Positions 32,191 to 42,909 are shown, counted from the stretch's first letter. The stretch: 64,000 nt of DNA from an uncultured Planctomycetota bacterium (GCA_963752285.1 CAVVXN010000002.1:32001-96000), one strand, 5' to 3'. The notes: generated by a model not told the origin, from the letters alone. Made by a program: numbers and translations.

Positions 32191-34053
32191 TTGCCCAACG
32201 TCAACCCCATTTTCTGTCGCGTCGCCCTTGAGCACAGCAGCACCGACCGCGTCGAAAACCGCCAGCAGATGCACATCGTGATCGCCGGTCACGTCGATCA
32301 CGGCAAGAGCACGGTGATCGGTCGGCTGCTCGCCGACACGGGCTCGCTGCCCGAGGGGAAGCTCGAGCAGGTGCAGGAGCGCGTGCCAGCGGAACAGCAA
32401 GCCGTTCGAGTACGCGTTCCTGCTGGACGCGCTGAAGGACGAGCAGGCCCAGGGCATCACGATCGACGCCGCGCGCGTGTTCTTCAAGACGCCGAAGCGC
32501 GAGTACCTGATCATCGACGCGCCGGGCCACATCGAGTTCCTGAAGAACATGGTCACGGGCGCGAGCCACGCCGAGGCGGCGCTGCTGGTCATCGACGCGA
32601 AGGAAGGCGTCCAGGAGAACTCCCGCCGCCACGGCTACATGCTCTCGATGCTCGGGATCTCGCAGATCGCGGTCCTCGTGAACAAGATGGACCTCGTGGG
32701 CTACGACCGAGCGGTCTTCGAGCGGATCCGGGCCGAGTACGGCGCGTTCCTCGCGGAGATCGACGTCCGCCCGCAGGCCTTCCTCCCGCTCTCGGGCGAT
32801 GGCGGGCGACAACGTCGCGAACGGGAAGGGCCGGCTCACCTGGTTCGACGGCCCGAACGTGCTCGAGGTCTTGGACGGCTTCGAGGAGGCCCCGCCGCCC
32901 GTGGGCCGGCCGTTCCGCATGCCCGTGCAGGACGTCTACAAGTTCACGAACGCCGGCGACGACCGCCGGATCGTGGCGGGGACGGTCGAGACGGGCCGCC
33001 TTCGGCCCGGCGACGAGGTCGTCTTCTATCCCTCCGGGAAGCGGAGCCGCGTCCGCTCGATCGAGAGCTTCGCCCACGACGGCGTCGAGCGGGCCGAGGC
33101 GGGCGAGGCCACGGGGTTCACCCTCACCGAGCAGATCTACGTGACGCGCGGCGAGCTCGCCGGGAAGGAGGGCGAGGTCCGCCCGGACGTCAGCACGAGG
33201 CTTCGCGCGAGCCTCTTCTGGCTCGGGCGCGAGCCGATGGTGGTGGGGAAGGAGTACGGCCTCCGCCTCGGGACCGTGAAGGTGCCCATGCGCCTCGAGT
33301 CGATCGAACGCGTCCTCGACGCTTCGAGCCTCGAGCGAAGACGAGACGAAGCAGCGGATCGACCGGCACGAGGTCGCGGAGGTCGTGCTCCGGACGCGGA
33401 GGCCGGTGGCGTTCGACAAGACCGACGTCCTCCCCCTGACCTCCCGGTTCGTGGTCGTGGACGACTACGACATCAAGGGCGGCGGGATCGTCCTGGAGGC
33501 GCTCGAGGACTCGCAGACGCGCGTGCGCGACCAGGTCTTCCTCCGCGAGAACCGCTGGGAGAAGAGCCTCGTCGGCGCCGAGCACCGCGCGGAGCGGTAC
33601 AACCAGAAGGCGACCCTCCTCCTCGTGACGGGTCCCGCCCGGAGCCCCCGGAAGGAGATCGCGAAGGCCCTGGAGCGTCGCCTCTTCGAGGAGGGGAAGC
33701 TCGTCTACTTCCTCGCCTTCGGAAGCGTCCGCTACGGCGTCGATGCCGACATCACCCGGAGCGACGCGCCCCGGTCGGAGCCCGAGCTGATGCGGCGGCT
33801 GGGCGAGGTCGCCCACATCCTGGTCGATGCCGGCCTGATCCTGGTCGTGAGCGCGCAGGCGCTCTCGACCGAGGACCTCGAGGTCTTCAAGACGACCGTG
33901 GACCCGGAGCGGATCCTCGTCGCCTGGGCGGGCGAGCCGGGGCCCGAGGGCCTGCCCGTCGATCTCGACCTGGGGGCGGCCCCCGAGGCCGAGGCCGTGG
34001 ACCGGCTGAAGACGCTCCTCCAGGAGCGAGGCGCGATCTTCCGGCCGTGGTAG
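32191..34053 (+). CDS. cysN: Sulfate adenylyltransferase subunit 1 with C-terminal degenerate APS-kinase-like domain (frameshifted)
   Basis: [23 protein letters not shown] and NKMD motifs. The C-terminal domain has [16 protein letters not shown] where a P-loop would be. Confidence 0.9.
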
Positions 34054-34324
34054 CCGGGGGGAACGAGCTAGGACCGGCGAGACCGATTGATGGACCGGTC
34101 AGCGCGGGCGTGGGGCGAGGATCGCAGCTATGCCGTCTGCAAGGCCCGCAGCCCTCGTGGCGCCGTTCATCTGCGGATCGGTGAGTGTCACACCTTCGGC
34201 GGACCGAGCGGGGTAGGGGCCGCGGTGCGGCCTGGACAACGACCGGACCCCGTGATGACTATGTCGCCAGGTTCGGTGTGAAGGTGGCGGTAGGATTCCT
34301 TTCGTTCTCAGGGCGGCGGTAGTC

Positions 34325-35407
34325 ATGCACGCGGCACACCTCAGACCCGCCCTTCGCGACATGCTGGCCCGTGCCGCCTACGCCTCCGGCGTCACCAAGC
34401 CGGACAAGGGCCTGCGGGGGGCTCTGACCGTCGCCACATTCCACCGCGTACTGCCCGCCAGCCTGAAGGCGACATATCCACTCCCCGGGCTGGTCGCGAC
34501 TCCCGCGGAACTTGCGTGGATCTTGGCCTACATGTCGAGGATCTACTCGTGCATGACTCTCAGCGAAGCGGTAGATCGGTGGACGTCACGAGATGTGCCG
34601 AAGCAACCCATGCTCGCCGTCACGTTCGATGACGGACAACGCGACAACTTCGTGTATGCGAGGCCGATCCTCGAGCGCGTCGGCGTGAGGGCCACGTTCT
34701 TCGTGGTGGCAGGTCCCACCTGCGAGAATACGGCTTTGTGGCATGATCGCCTGGGATTCGCAGCGGCCGACCTGGTGCGGCGGCGCGGCGGCCGATCACG
34801 ACTCTTCAGTGAACTGCACATGGGCGACCCGGGTGGCGACGACGGTGCCGCCGTACGGTGGCTCGTGCGATCGGCAAAGTCGCTGACGCCGACCAGGCGC
34901 GAGCAGGTGGTGTCGGACGTGGAAGGAATGGCGGGGGGGAAGGTGCCGCCCGAGTGGGCGGGCCTGATGTCGTGGCCGGAGATTCGGTTGCTCGCCGCCG
35001 AAGGCCACGAAATCGGCTCCCACACGTTGACCCATCCGCTACTACCTCAGTTGGACGAGGCCGGGATCCGCGCGGAGGTTTCCGGTTCCCGGGACCTGCT
35101 CCGCGCCAAGATCGGTCGGCACGTGTCCTCGTTCTGCTATCCGAATGGCTCGCTGGACGCTCGGTGCGTCAGCGCAGTACAGGAGGCGGGCTACCGCGCG
35201 GCCGTGACGACTCGAGCCGGTGTGAATCGCCTACCCGGAAGTCCCCTGACCCTGGCGCGATGTGACCTTAGCGGCGGACGGGTGCAGGACCGACGGGGCC
35301 GACCGTCGCCCGCACGTCTGGCGCTTCACCTCTCGGGGCACCGCAAGCTCCCGGCGGGGTGGCGCCGCGGCCTCCTTGCCCGGACAGGCTTCGGAGAGGG
35401 CGGGTAG
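34325..35407 (+). CDS. Polysaccharide deacetylase (CE4/NodB family)
   Basis: TFHRV, VTFDDG, EIGSHTLTHP and FCYPNG motifs. Confidence 0.92.
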   Translation: MHAAHLRPALRDMLARAAYASGVTKPDKGLRGALTVATFHRVLPASLKATYPLPGLVATPAELAWILAYMSRIYSCMTLSEAVDRWTSRDVPKQPMLAVTFDDGQRDNFVYARPILERVGVRATFFVVAGPTCENTALWHDRLGFAAADLVRRRGGRSRLFSELHMGDPGGDDGAAVRWLVRSAKSLTPTRREQVVSDVEGMAGGKVPPEWAGLMSWPEIRLLAAEGHEIGSHTLTHPLLPQLDEAGIRAEVSGSRDLLRAKIGRHVSSFCYPNGSLDARCVSAVQEAGYRAAVTTRAGVNRLPGSPLTLARCDLSGGRVQDRRGRPSPARLALHLSGHRKLPAGWRRGLLARTGFGEGG

Positions 35408-35409
35408 GC

Positions 35410-36666
35410 GTGTGTCCGCACCCGTTGCATTTGGCCTACCTGACAAGCCGTTACCCAGCGGTCAGCCACACGTTCATTCGGCGCGAGGTCGCTGCCTTGC
35501 GACGGCAGGGCATTTGCGTGAGCACTTGCTCGGTACGACGAGCCAGCATAGACGAGCTGAGATCCGAGGACGACGTGGCGGAGGCGCGCACGACGTTCGC
35601 CATCCTCCCGCCAGGGCCCATTGCCGTTCTCCGCGCCCACATATGGGCGCTGCTGTGGCATCCCCTCCGCTACGCCCGGCTGTTTTTCCTAGCGCTTCGC
35701 CACCGCAGGCCTGGAGTGAGGGGATCCGTGTGGGCGGTCTTCCGGTTCCTCGAGGCAGTCCTGCTCGCAAAGGAGTTGAGCCGCCGCGGCATCGACCGGC
35801 TCCACAGCCACTTCTCCAATTCCGGCGGGCACGTTGGATATCTGACTTCCAGTTTCCTCAAGATACCCTGGAGCCACACACTCCATGGCCTGGCGGACTT
35901 CGCCGGCCCCTCGACCCCACTGCTGAGAGAGAAGATCCGCAAGGCGGAGTTCACGGCCGTCGTCTCCTACGCGGGGCGAGCGAACGCGATGTTCGCCAGC
36001 GATCCGATCGACTGGGACAGCATCTTCGTGTGCCGCTGCGGCCTGGACATGGCTAGGACACCCGTGCGCGAGCGGGCCGCGAACGTGGGTCACCGGTTGC
36101 AGATCCTGACCGTGGGTCGTCTGGCGCCCGAGAAATGCCATCTCGGCCTGGTCGAAGCATTCTCGGCGGTGGTATCGACGGGCTGCGACGCGATGCTTAC
36201 GATCCTAGGAGAAGGGCCGGAGCGGGCTCGCCTCGAGGCAACGGTCCACTCGCTGGGCCTCTCCGGACGGGTCAGAATGCCGGGAGCGGCCACGGGCCGC
36301 GAAGTGCTTGCGGCAATGATGGAGGCGGACCTCTTCGTACTCTCGAGCTTGGTGGAGGGCCTTCCCGTGGTCCTCGTGGAGGCTATGGCAGTCGGTACTC
36401 CCATCCTTGCGCCCAGGCTAGCGGGCATCCCAGAACTTGTGGACGACGGGCGGACGGGGACCCTCTTCACCCCCAGTTGCTTCGATGAACTCGCGACCAA
36501 GATGCGGACGCTCCTGCAAGACCTCTCGCGTGCCGAGGCCATGGCAGGAGCCGGGCGCGACGAAGTCCGCGCAGAATTCAACATCGATGCTTCCGCTCGG
36601 TTACTCGCCAAGATGTTTTTCCGTCCGCCATGCCCGAGGACCAGGGGTGGGGGCACGGCCCCGTGA
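35410..36666 (+). CDS. GT4 family glycosyltransferase (WcaL-like)
   Basis: YPAVSHTFIRRE, VGRLAPEK and EGLPVVLVEAMA motifs. Confidence 0.9.
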   Translation: MCPHPLHLAYLTSRYPAVSHTFIRREVAALRRQGICVSTCSVRRASIDELRSEDDVAEARTTFAILPPGPIAVLRAHIWALLWHPLRYARLFFLALRHRRPGVRGSVWAVFRFLEAVLLAKELSRRGIDRLHSHFSNSGGHVGYLTSSFLKIPWSHTLHGLADFAGPSTPLLREKIRKAEFTAVVSYAGRANAMFASDPIDWDSIFVCRCGLDMARTPVRERAANVGHRLQILTVGRLAPEKCHLGLVEAFSAVVSTGCDAMLTILGEGPERARLEATVHSLGLSGRVRMPGAATGREVLAAMMEADLFVLSSLVEGLPVVLVEAMAVGTPILAPRLAGIPELVDDGRTGTLFTPSCFDELATKMRTLLQDLSRAEAMAGAGRDEVRAEFNIDASARLLAKMFFRPPCPRTRGGGTAP

Positions 36667-37038
36667 AGCCAGCGAAGGGGGCGTGAGCACGGCCCGCGCG
36701 AGCGCGGCAGGGCCCCGGCGTCCGATACTCAAGTCGCCGGCGCTGACCGGCGCGGTAACCCGCGCTCTAGTTGGGGGGGAGTCCGTCACCCGACGGGGCT
36801 CCAGTCACTGGATCCTGTGTTGGGTCTCGGGGCGAGCCGGGGCCGGTGAGCGTGCCCGTGGGCCTCGCCCTCAGCGCGGTTCCGGAGGCCGAGGCCGTGG
36901 ACCGGCTGAAGGCGCTCCTCCAGGAGCGAGGCGCGATCTTCCGGCCGTGGTGAGGCGGGTGGGGTGCCTCGGGTGCCCGGAGCGCGGTGGCTTGCGGCAG
37001 CGTCGTGCGCGGGTCGCCGGAGCGGGCCGAGGGTCGGT

Positions 37039-37860
37039 TCAGACCGCCTCGGCGCGGCGGCGCCGGCTCCGGAGCCCGAATCCGCCCAGCAGGACCCCGC
37101 CGAGACCCAAGAGCGCCAGCGTCGAGGGCTCGGGGACGGGCGTCACGGCGAACGCCAGGGCGGAGAGGTTGGATCGGTCGTTTGTGCCGACGTACGTCGT
37201 GGCCCCCGTGCTGAGGTCGGCCGTGTAGAGATCGAACCCGCCGTTGCCGTTCCGGAGCCCCGTGAACAGGGTGCCGGTCGAGTCGTAGGCCAGGATGTTG
37301 TCCATGCCCCTGTCGAGGTCCTTCACGAACGAGGTGGCGCCCGTGGTCGGATTCACGCTGTAGACGTTGTAGTCGGTCTTGACGTAGATCGTGCCGTCGG
37401 GCGCCACGGCGAGGCCGGTTTGGAGGGTGCTGATTCCCGCATCGCCGACGTCCGTGCTGGCCCCCGTGCTGGTGTCGATCGTGAGGAGGTCGTCCGCGTG
37501 CGGCTCGTACCACCCGTAGAGCGTCCCGCTCGCGTCGAACGCCAGGTCCGGCACCTGGATCGCGTTGCCCGAACCGACGAGCGTCCCCGCTCCCGTACTC
37601 GTGTCGATCGTGATGAGACCCGTGCCGGATACCCAGCCGTAGAGCACCCCCGTGGTCGGGTCGACGGCCAGCCCCGTGACGTGGCTGAACCCGGTGGAGC
37701 CGATCGTCTGGACGACGGACCCGTCGGTGGGGTCGATCTCGTAGAGGCTCGCGGAGGCGCCCCCGGCGCCGTCCACCGCGTAGAGCGTGTCGGCGCGGGC
37801 AACGCCCGCCGCGACGATCACCCCCAGCACCACCCCCAAGAAGAGCGTCCCGATCCGCAT
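37039..37860 (-). CDS. PEP-CTERM protein with beta-propeller-like repeats
   Basis: Signal peptide ending ARA-D, repeated LYxIDxxTG motifs, VPEPSTLALLGLGGVLLGGFGLRSRRRR tail. Confidence 0.9.
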   Translation of the reverse strand: MRIGTLFLGVVLGVIVAAGVARADTLYAVDGAGGASASLYEIDPTDGSVVQTIGSTGFSHVTGLAVDPTTGVLYGWVSGTGLITIDTSTGAGTLVGSGNAIQVPDLAFDASGTLYGWYEPHADDLLTIDTSTGASTDVGDAGISTLQTGLAVAPDGTIYVKTDYNVYSVNPTTGATSFVKDLDRGMDNILAYDSTGTLFTGLRNGNGGFDLYTADLSTGATTYVGTNDRSNLSALAFAVTPVPEPSTLALLGLGGVLLGGFGLRSRRRRAEAV

Positions 37861-37948
37861 CTCGGCCTCCCTCACGGTTCCCGTGTCCGAACGGCCCGCC
37901 GCCTCCGGGCCGTACGGACGGTCTCGTGAGGAGGCGAGCCCCCGTTTC

Positions 37949-37975
37949 CAATGGCCGGAGGACGGAATTGCTTTG
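37949..37975 (-). promoter_or_regulatory. Putative sigma-28-like promoter CAAA-N15-GGCCATTG
   Basis: Same spacing as the other copies, with one mismatch in the -10-like box. Confidence 0.5.
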
Positions 37976-38234
37976 CCCGCCGCTCCGCGGGCGGGGCCGA
38001 TGGCCCGGCCTCCCCGGACCCCGGTGGTCGGGACGACGGGCGGCCGCCCCGCCCGCGGTGCGAGGACCTGCGGCGAGGGCACTCGTCCTTCGGTCGCCCC
38101 TTCGGCTCCTCGTGGGAGCGAGGGCGCGAGTTGCGTGGCGCACGACCGCCGGGAGGTGCAGGTGTGTTCGGGCGCGGCCGAGGGGCGGCCCAGCGGCCAT
38201 CCTCCCGCCGCGCGGTGGCCGATTCCGCGTCGCT

Positions 38235-38262
38235 GAAAGGTAAACGCGCCCAGGGCCCATAA
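38235..38262 (+). promoter_or_regulatory. Variant promoter GAAA-N16-GCCCATAA
   Basis: GCCCATAA box about 66 bp upstream of the PEP-CTERM gene at 38329. Spacing differs by one base. Confidence 0.42.
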
Positions 38263-38328
38263 GTACTACTGGTTACGTGCCAGCATGCGGGCTGCACCTG
38301 CTCAGAAATCAGGAAGTGAGGTCGCAAG

Positions 38329-39027
38329 ATGATGAGAGCGATGTGCGGACGGATCGTACTGTCATGGCTCGTCGCCGTCGCCTTGATGACGGCTGTCGCG
38401 ACCTCTGCACGGGCGGATCCGATCGTGACCAACGGGAGCTTCGAGGCGGATACCTTCGACTCGACTGGAACGCTGAACCTCGGGGGTACGAGCACCTTGA
38501 CCGGCTGGACGACCCTCAGCATCGGGGCCTACCCATGGGGTCTGCCCAACTCCAACGGGTTCAGCGGCGGCCCCACCCCCTATGGCAACCAGTGGGTCAT
38601 CGTCGGAGACTACGGAATAGGCGGGACGTGGATCCAGCAAGCGGTCAGCGGGTTCACGGTCGGACAGACGTACACCTTGAACTTCGCTCTGGCTTCGGAG
38701 TTCAGTCCGAATGGGGTGGGCTCACTCGTGGAGGTGTCTTTCCAGTCCGGCTCGAGCACGGCCTCCCAGCAGTTCGAGGCACCCGCACGTGCCTCGAACT
38801 ACTGGGACACATGGGCGATGTACTCCATGAACTTCGTCGCCACGGATACGACCGTGACATTCCGAATGGAAGGTCTCGCGGGGGACGGATACGACGCGGG
38901 GATCGACAACGTTTTCATCTCGAGCCCGGTCCCGGAGCCCGCGTCGCTGGCGCTCATGGGATTGGGTGTCGCGGGGATCGCCGGCGTCCGGCGCCGCCAG
39001 CGCGCCCGCCGCCGGGCAGCGGTCTGA
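38329..39027 (+). CDS. PEP-CTERM protein with DUF642/carbohydrate-binding-like domain
   Basis: Signal peptide, IVTNGSFE, GQTYTLNF, GIDNV and VPEPASLALMGLG...RRRQR. Confidence 0.9.
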   Translation: MMRAMCGRIVLSWLVAVALMTAVATSARADPIVTNGSFEADTFDSTGTLNLGGTSTLTGWTTLSIGAYPWGLPNSNGFSGGPTPYGNQWVIVGDYGIGGTWIQQAVSGFTVGQTYTLNFALASEFSPNGVGSLVEVSFQSGSSTASQQFEAPARASNYWDTWAMYSMNFVATDTTVTFRMEGLAGDGYDAGIDNVFISSPVPEPASLALMGLGVAGIAGVRRRQRARRRAAV

Positions 39028-39489
39028 GCGTCCTCTGGTTCGCGAGAGCTTCTGGGGCTTCCGGCCGCCCCGGTGACGCCGTGTTCACCGCGCCGCTCCC
39101 GGGCGCCCGTCCCGGCCGGCCTCGCGCGACCGCATGGAGTGCTCTCCCCACCGAGACGGGCGGATTGTCAGCGCCGCCGAGGCGTCCGGGCGTGCGCGCT
39201 CTCGAGGTCAGGAAGACGATCCGGACCCCGCGGTAGCCGCGGCGGAACGCGTGCCGACGGGCGGTGCCAGTCCCCGGGGGCTCGGAGCGGCCTGGCCTGC
39301 TCGGAGTGGGCGCCGCCCCGTGGGCGCCCCTCCAAGGGCTCCCCGGTCGGATCCAGGCAGGGCTCAACTCTCTCCCCGCGGTTCTCTCCTCGCGGTGACC
39401 GTCGCGTGAAGGGGGAGCGGTCGAATGGGCCGCCGGCTTCGGCCGGAAGGGAGCGGTCCGCCCGGGGACCGGCTCGGAGGGTCGTCTTC

Positions 39490-40590
39490 GTGAACGTCGC
39501 CTCGCGCCTCGGGACTCCGTCGCTCTGCTGGGTCCTGGCGGGGCTCCTCGTGGCGCTCCCCGCGTGCCGGAGCGGTCCCGTGGACCACCCCGAGTCGCTC
39601 TCGCGGCTCCTCGTGGACGAGAAGGCTCCCGACTTCTACGACGCGGCGTTCAAGCCGATCCCCCCCGATCAGCTCGAGGCCTTCCATCTGCCCGCGGCGC
39701 CGCCCTATCGGCTGGGCGTCGCCGACGTGCTCCGGGTGCGGGTCCTCAACACCGAGCAGGTGCCGGGTTGGAGCGGGTCGTTGGACGTCCGCGTGAAGGA
39801 CGACGGCGCGATCTACCTTCCGACGATCGGCAAGGTCGAGGTCAAGGACAAGACCGTGCTCGAGGCCGAGGCCGCCGTCGCGGCTCGGATCCAGGAGGCG
39901 AAGTACCTCCCGGCCCCGGTCGTGAGCATCGAGGTCTCCGGCTACGAGGCGCGGAAGTTCTACGTCATGGGCGAGGTCGGGAAGCCGAGCGCTCTGCCCG
40001 TGAACGGCCGGACCACGCTTCTCGAGGCCCTGATCGACGTCGATGCGACGCGGCAGGAGACGGCCGACCTGGAGGAGGCGTACGTCGTACGGGACCAGCA
40101 GGCGATCCCCTTCTCGATCGAGGACATCGTCCGCCGGGGACACCCGGCGGGGCGGCTCGTGATGGAGGAGGGGGACGTCGTCTACGTCCCGCACGTGAAG
40201 GACCGCGCGGACTTCGTCTTCGTCCTGGGGGCCGTCGCGAAGCCGCAGCGGATCGAGATGGACCACCTCGGGCCCCGGGGGACGCAGGGGAGCATCACGC
40301 TCGCTTCGGCCGTGGCCCAGGCGGGCGGGCTCGTCGCGGGCCAGGCGAATCCGAACTGCATCTCGGTGTTCCGGGGCGGCTGGCAGTGCCCGCGGGTCTA
40401 CACCGTCAGCGAGTGCGAGCTCGCGAAGTACGGCGACGACATCCACCTGAAGCCCGGCGACCGGATCTTCGTCTCGCCGAGCGCCTGGGCGAGGTTCGGG
40501 AACACGCTCGGCCCGACGCTCTCCGTCATCTCGGGGGTCTCCTCCTTGCTCTCGCTGTCCCTCAGCGCCCTCGCCCTCTCGAAGAGATAG
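39490..40590 (+). CDS. Polysaccharide export lipoprotein (Wza/SLBB family)
   Basis: Lipobox LPAC, YRLGVADVL, DGAIYLPTIG, FYVMGEV and LKPGDRIFV motifs. Confidence 0.88.
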   Translation: MNVASRLGTPSLCWVLAGLLVALPACRSGPVDHPESLSRLLVDEKAPDFYDAAFKPIPPDQLEAFHLPAAPPYRLGVADVLRVRVLNTEQVPGWSGSLDVRVKDDGAIYLPTIGKVEVKDKTVLEAEAAVAARIQEAKYLPAPVVSIEVSGYEARKFYVMGEVGKPSALPVNGRTTLLEALIDVDATRQETADLEEAYVVRDQQAIPFSIEDIVRRGHPAGRLVMEEGDVVYVPHVKDRADFVFVLGAVAKPQRIEMDHLGPRGTQGSITLASAVAQAGGLVAGQANPNCISVFRGGWQCPRVYTVSECELAKYGDDIHLKPGDRIFVSPSAWARFGNTLGPTLSVISGVSSLLSLSLSALALSKR

Positions 40591-40977
40591 GCGGCGAGGC
40601 CGGCGGTCGGAGGGCCTTGGTCCTGGCGCCTCGCGCCCGCCGGCCGCAGTCGTTAAGAAAGTGTTGAGCGCCCCGGGCGCCGTCGCTACCCTCCCCGGTC
40701 CACGGGGGCTTGGAGGGAGCGAGAGCTGTGAACGGTGCGCGGTGTCACCTCCTCCCCTCGTCGGGGTCCACCGGGCGGTCGCCCGGGGCCCCGCGCCTCG
40801 GGGCCCTCGGCGATCGTTGCAGGACACGCCGCCCGCCCCGGGTCCATGGTTCTCGACGTCGTCTCGGCGGACCAGGCGATTCTGTGGGCGCTCGGGCGCT
40901 CCGGAGCGCGAGTTGCTGGGCGCGGGCGACGTGTTCGCGACTCCCTCCCATCGCACGGCCGGCCGGGGTGTCCCGGC

Positions 40978-41529
40978 ATGACCTCGTTCCTCGAGAGCGG
41001 TGAGCGGGCCAAAGTGGAGGGGCGCCTCCTCTATCTCGCGTGGCGGCGCTACCGGATTCCCAGCTACGTGGCCGAGGACCTCGTCCAGTCCGCACTCGTG
41101 ACCTTCCTCGAGGTCAAGGACCGCTATCCCGAGGAACAGGACCACGCCCGCATCCTCGTGGGGATCTTCCGGAACAAGTGCCGCGAGCACGTGGAGACCT
41201 GCGTCCGGACGGAGCGGCGGAGCCGGGCGATCCGCCAGGCCGGCGGGGCCTCGTGGGGACGGGTCTTGCACGCGCCCGACTCGGCTTCGGGAGACGAGGG
41301 GGTCCTCGAGGAGCTGGTGCGTCAGGAGGACGCCTCCTTCCTCCGACGGGCCCTCTCCGACCTTCGGCCGAGCGCGAAGGAGATGTTCCGGCTCATCGTG
41401 GACGAGGGGGCGAGCCGGAAGGACCTGATCGAGCGCTACGGCCTCAACAAGAACACGCTCGACTCCCGACTCCACACCTACCGTCGGGAGTTCCGGCAGA
41501 TCCTCTCCCGCCGCGGGATCGATCTCTGA
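40978..41529 (+). CDS. ECF-type sigma-70 family RNA polymerase sigma factor
   Basis: Region 2 AEDLVQSALV...GIFRNKC and region 4 ALSDL...GLNKNTLDSRLH. Confidence 0.8.
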   Translation: MTSFLESGERAKVEGRLLYLAWRRYRIPSYVAEDLVQSALVTFLEVKDRYPEEQDHARILVGIFRNKCREHVETCVRTERRSRAIRQAGGASWGRVLHAPDSASGDEGVLEELVRQEDASFLRRALSDLRPSAKEMFRLIVDEGASRKDLIERYGLNKNTLDSRLHTYRREFRQILSRRGIDL

Positions 41530-41849
41530 GCGAACGACGGGCCCTCCGTTCGGGGCCCGGACGACGCGGTGCAAGGGGGGGCGATAGGCCCGGTCTCGGC
41601 GCCCATCTGGACCGAGATCGCGCCCTGTTCGTCTCGTGAATGGAATGTGAATGCGGGGCCAAAGCAAATCGGCCGATCCCTTACAACTTGGGTGAAGCCG
41701 GTTGGCTTCGGATGCCGCTCGGGCGGGGCCCGACCGGCGTAACGGTGGGTCCTTCTTCATGGTCCGCGTCTCGCACCGGTTCCGAGAGCACCTGGACGCG
41801 CGCCGCGCGGCGCCCGGTGCGTCAGGCCGCGGGCGAGCCGTGGGACGAC

Positions 41850-42033
41850 TCGAGCTGCGCCCACGGCGAGATGCGCTCCCTCCTCCTTCCCTATGCGCTC
41901 TCAGCGGTGCACCGAGGACGAGGAGGTCGAGCTCGAGGCGCACGTGCTCGAGTGCGACGCCTGCTTCCGTGATCTCGTGTGCCTCGATCGCGCGATCCCC
42001 CTGATCCGGACGTACGCACGGGCGCACGCCTAG
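41850..42033 (+). CDS. Small zf-HC2 (ZAS) anti-sigma-like peptide, frameshifted, start uncertain
   Basis: CAHGEMRSLLLPYAL, then in a shifted frame EEVELEAHVLECDACFRDL (HxxxCxxC), ending at TAG 42031-42033. Confidence 0.65.
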
Positions 42034-42045
42034 CTCGCGCGAGCT

Positions 42046-42909
42046 CTAGGCGGCCAGGAGCGCCGCGGCGCCGAGGACCAGCGTCATCACGCCGATCGCG
42101 ATCCGGAGGCCCTTCACCGGCAGCGCGCGGACCGAGAGCACGGCGAGCGGGACCGAGAGCATCGAGCCCACCACGAGCGGAAGCGCCAACCTGGCGTCGA
42201 TCCCGACGCTCCACGCGTAGATCGCGAAACCGAGGAAGCAGGTCATCCCCTCGGCGAGCGCGGTGATGCCGATCGCGCTCTTCGCGTCCACGCCCGACAC
42301 GAGCTGCCCGCCCGTCACGATGGGGCCGTACCCGCCGCCCGACAGCCCCTTGTTGAACGCGGCGACCGAGCCGAGGACCCAGATGCGGCGCCACGAGAAG
42401 TGGATCGTGCGCCGAATCGTGACGAGCGTGACGACGCCCACGGCCACGATCACCACGGCGATCGCGGCGCGAAGCACCCCGGTCGATAGGCGCACCGCGA
42501 TCGAGGACGCGACGATCGTGCCCACGACGCTCGATCCCGCGAGCACGAGCGCGATCTTCCGCGCCCGCGTGCCGCGCCGAAAGCTCACGTTCCCCGCGCC
42601 GTGGTGGAGGAAGGCCGACGTCACCCCCGTGAGGAGCTGCGAGAGGAGCACCGCCGGGACGATCTGGTGCGCGGCGTGACCGAGGAGGAGGAGCAGCGGG
42701 GTGAGGGTCGTCCCGTAGCCCATCCCGAGCGTCGCGTCCACGTACTCGCAGACGAACGCCGCGGCCGCGACCGCGAGGGCGTCGGTCGTCAGGAGTCCCC
42801 GGGCCGTCTCGAGGATTCGCGCCTGGACCTCCGGAGGGGCCGCCTCGATCACGAGCGCGCCCGCGGCGGCCATGAGGACGGTCGCCCAGAGGAAGTACGC
42901 GGCCTTCAT
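42046..42909 (-). CDS. Sulfite exporter TauE/SafE family membrane protein
   Basis: EYVDATLGMGYGTTLTPLL and FNKGLSGGGYGP motifs, multi-TM. Confidence 0.88.
   Translation of the reverse strand: MKAAYFLWATVLMAAAGALVIEAAPPEVQARILETARGLLTTDALAVAAAAFVCEYVDATLGMGYGTTLTPLLLLLGHAAHQIVPAVLLSQLLTGVTSAFLHHGAGNVSFRRGTRARKIALVLAGSSVVGTIVASSIAVRLSTGVLRAAIAVVIVAVGVVTLVTIRRTIHFSWRRIWVLGSVAAFNKGLSGGGYGPIVTGGQLVSGVDAKSAIGITALAEGMTCFLGFAIYAWSVGIDARLALPLVVGSMLSVPLAVLSVRALPVKGLRIAIGVMTLVLGAAALLAA

Larger units (their letters stand above)
33911..36953 (+). repeat. Direct repeat of the cysN 3' end (33911-34053 and ~36810-36953)
   Basis: The last ~66 bp before the stop match with one substitution ([22 protein letters not shown]), offset exactly 2900 bp. 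The upstream ~75 bp are more diverged. Confidence 0.9.

Noticed and set aside
39364..42027. 887-aa minus-strand ORF and similar long Arg/Pro/Gly-rich ORFs (e.g. 13100-15133, 57499-59613)
   Set aside because: They overlap well-supported genes on the other strand and have the composition of GC-rich shadow frames.
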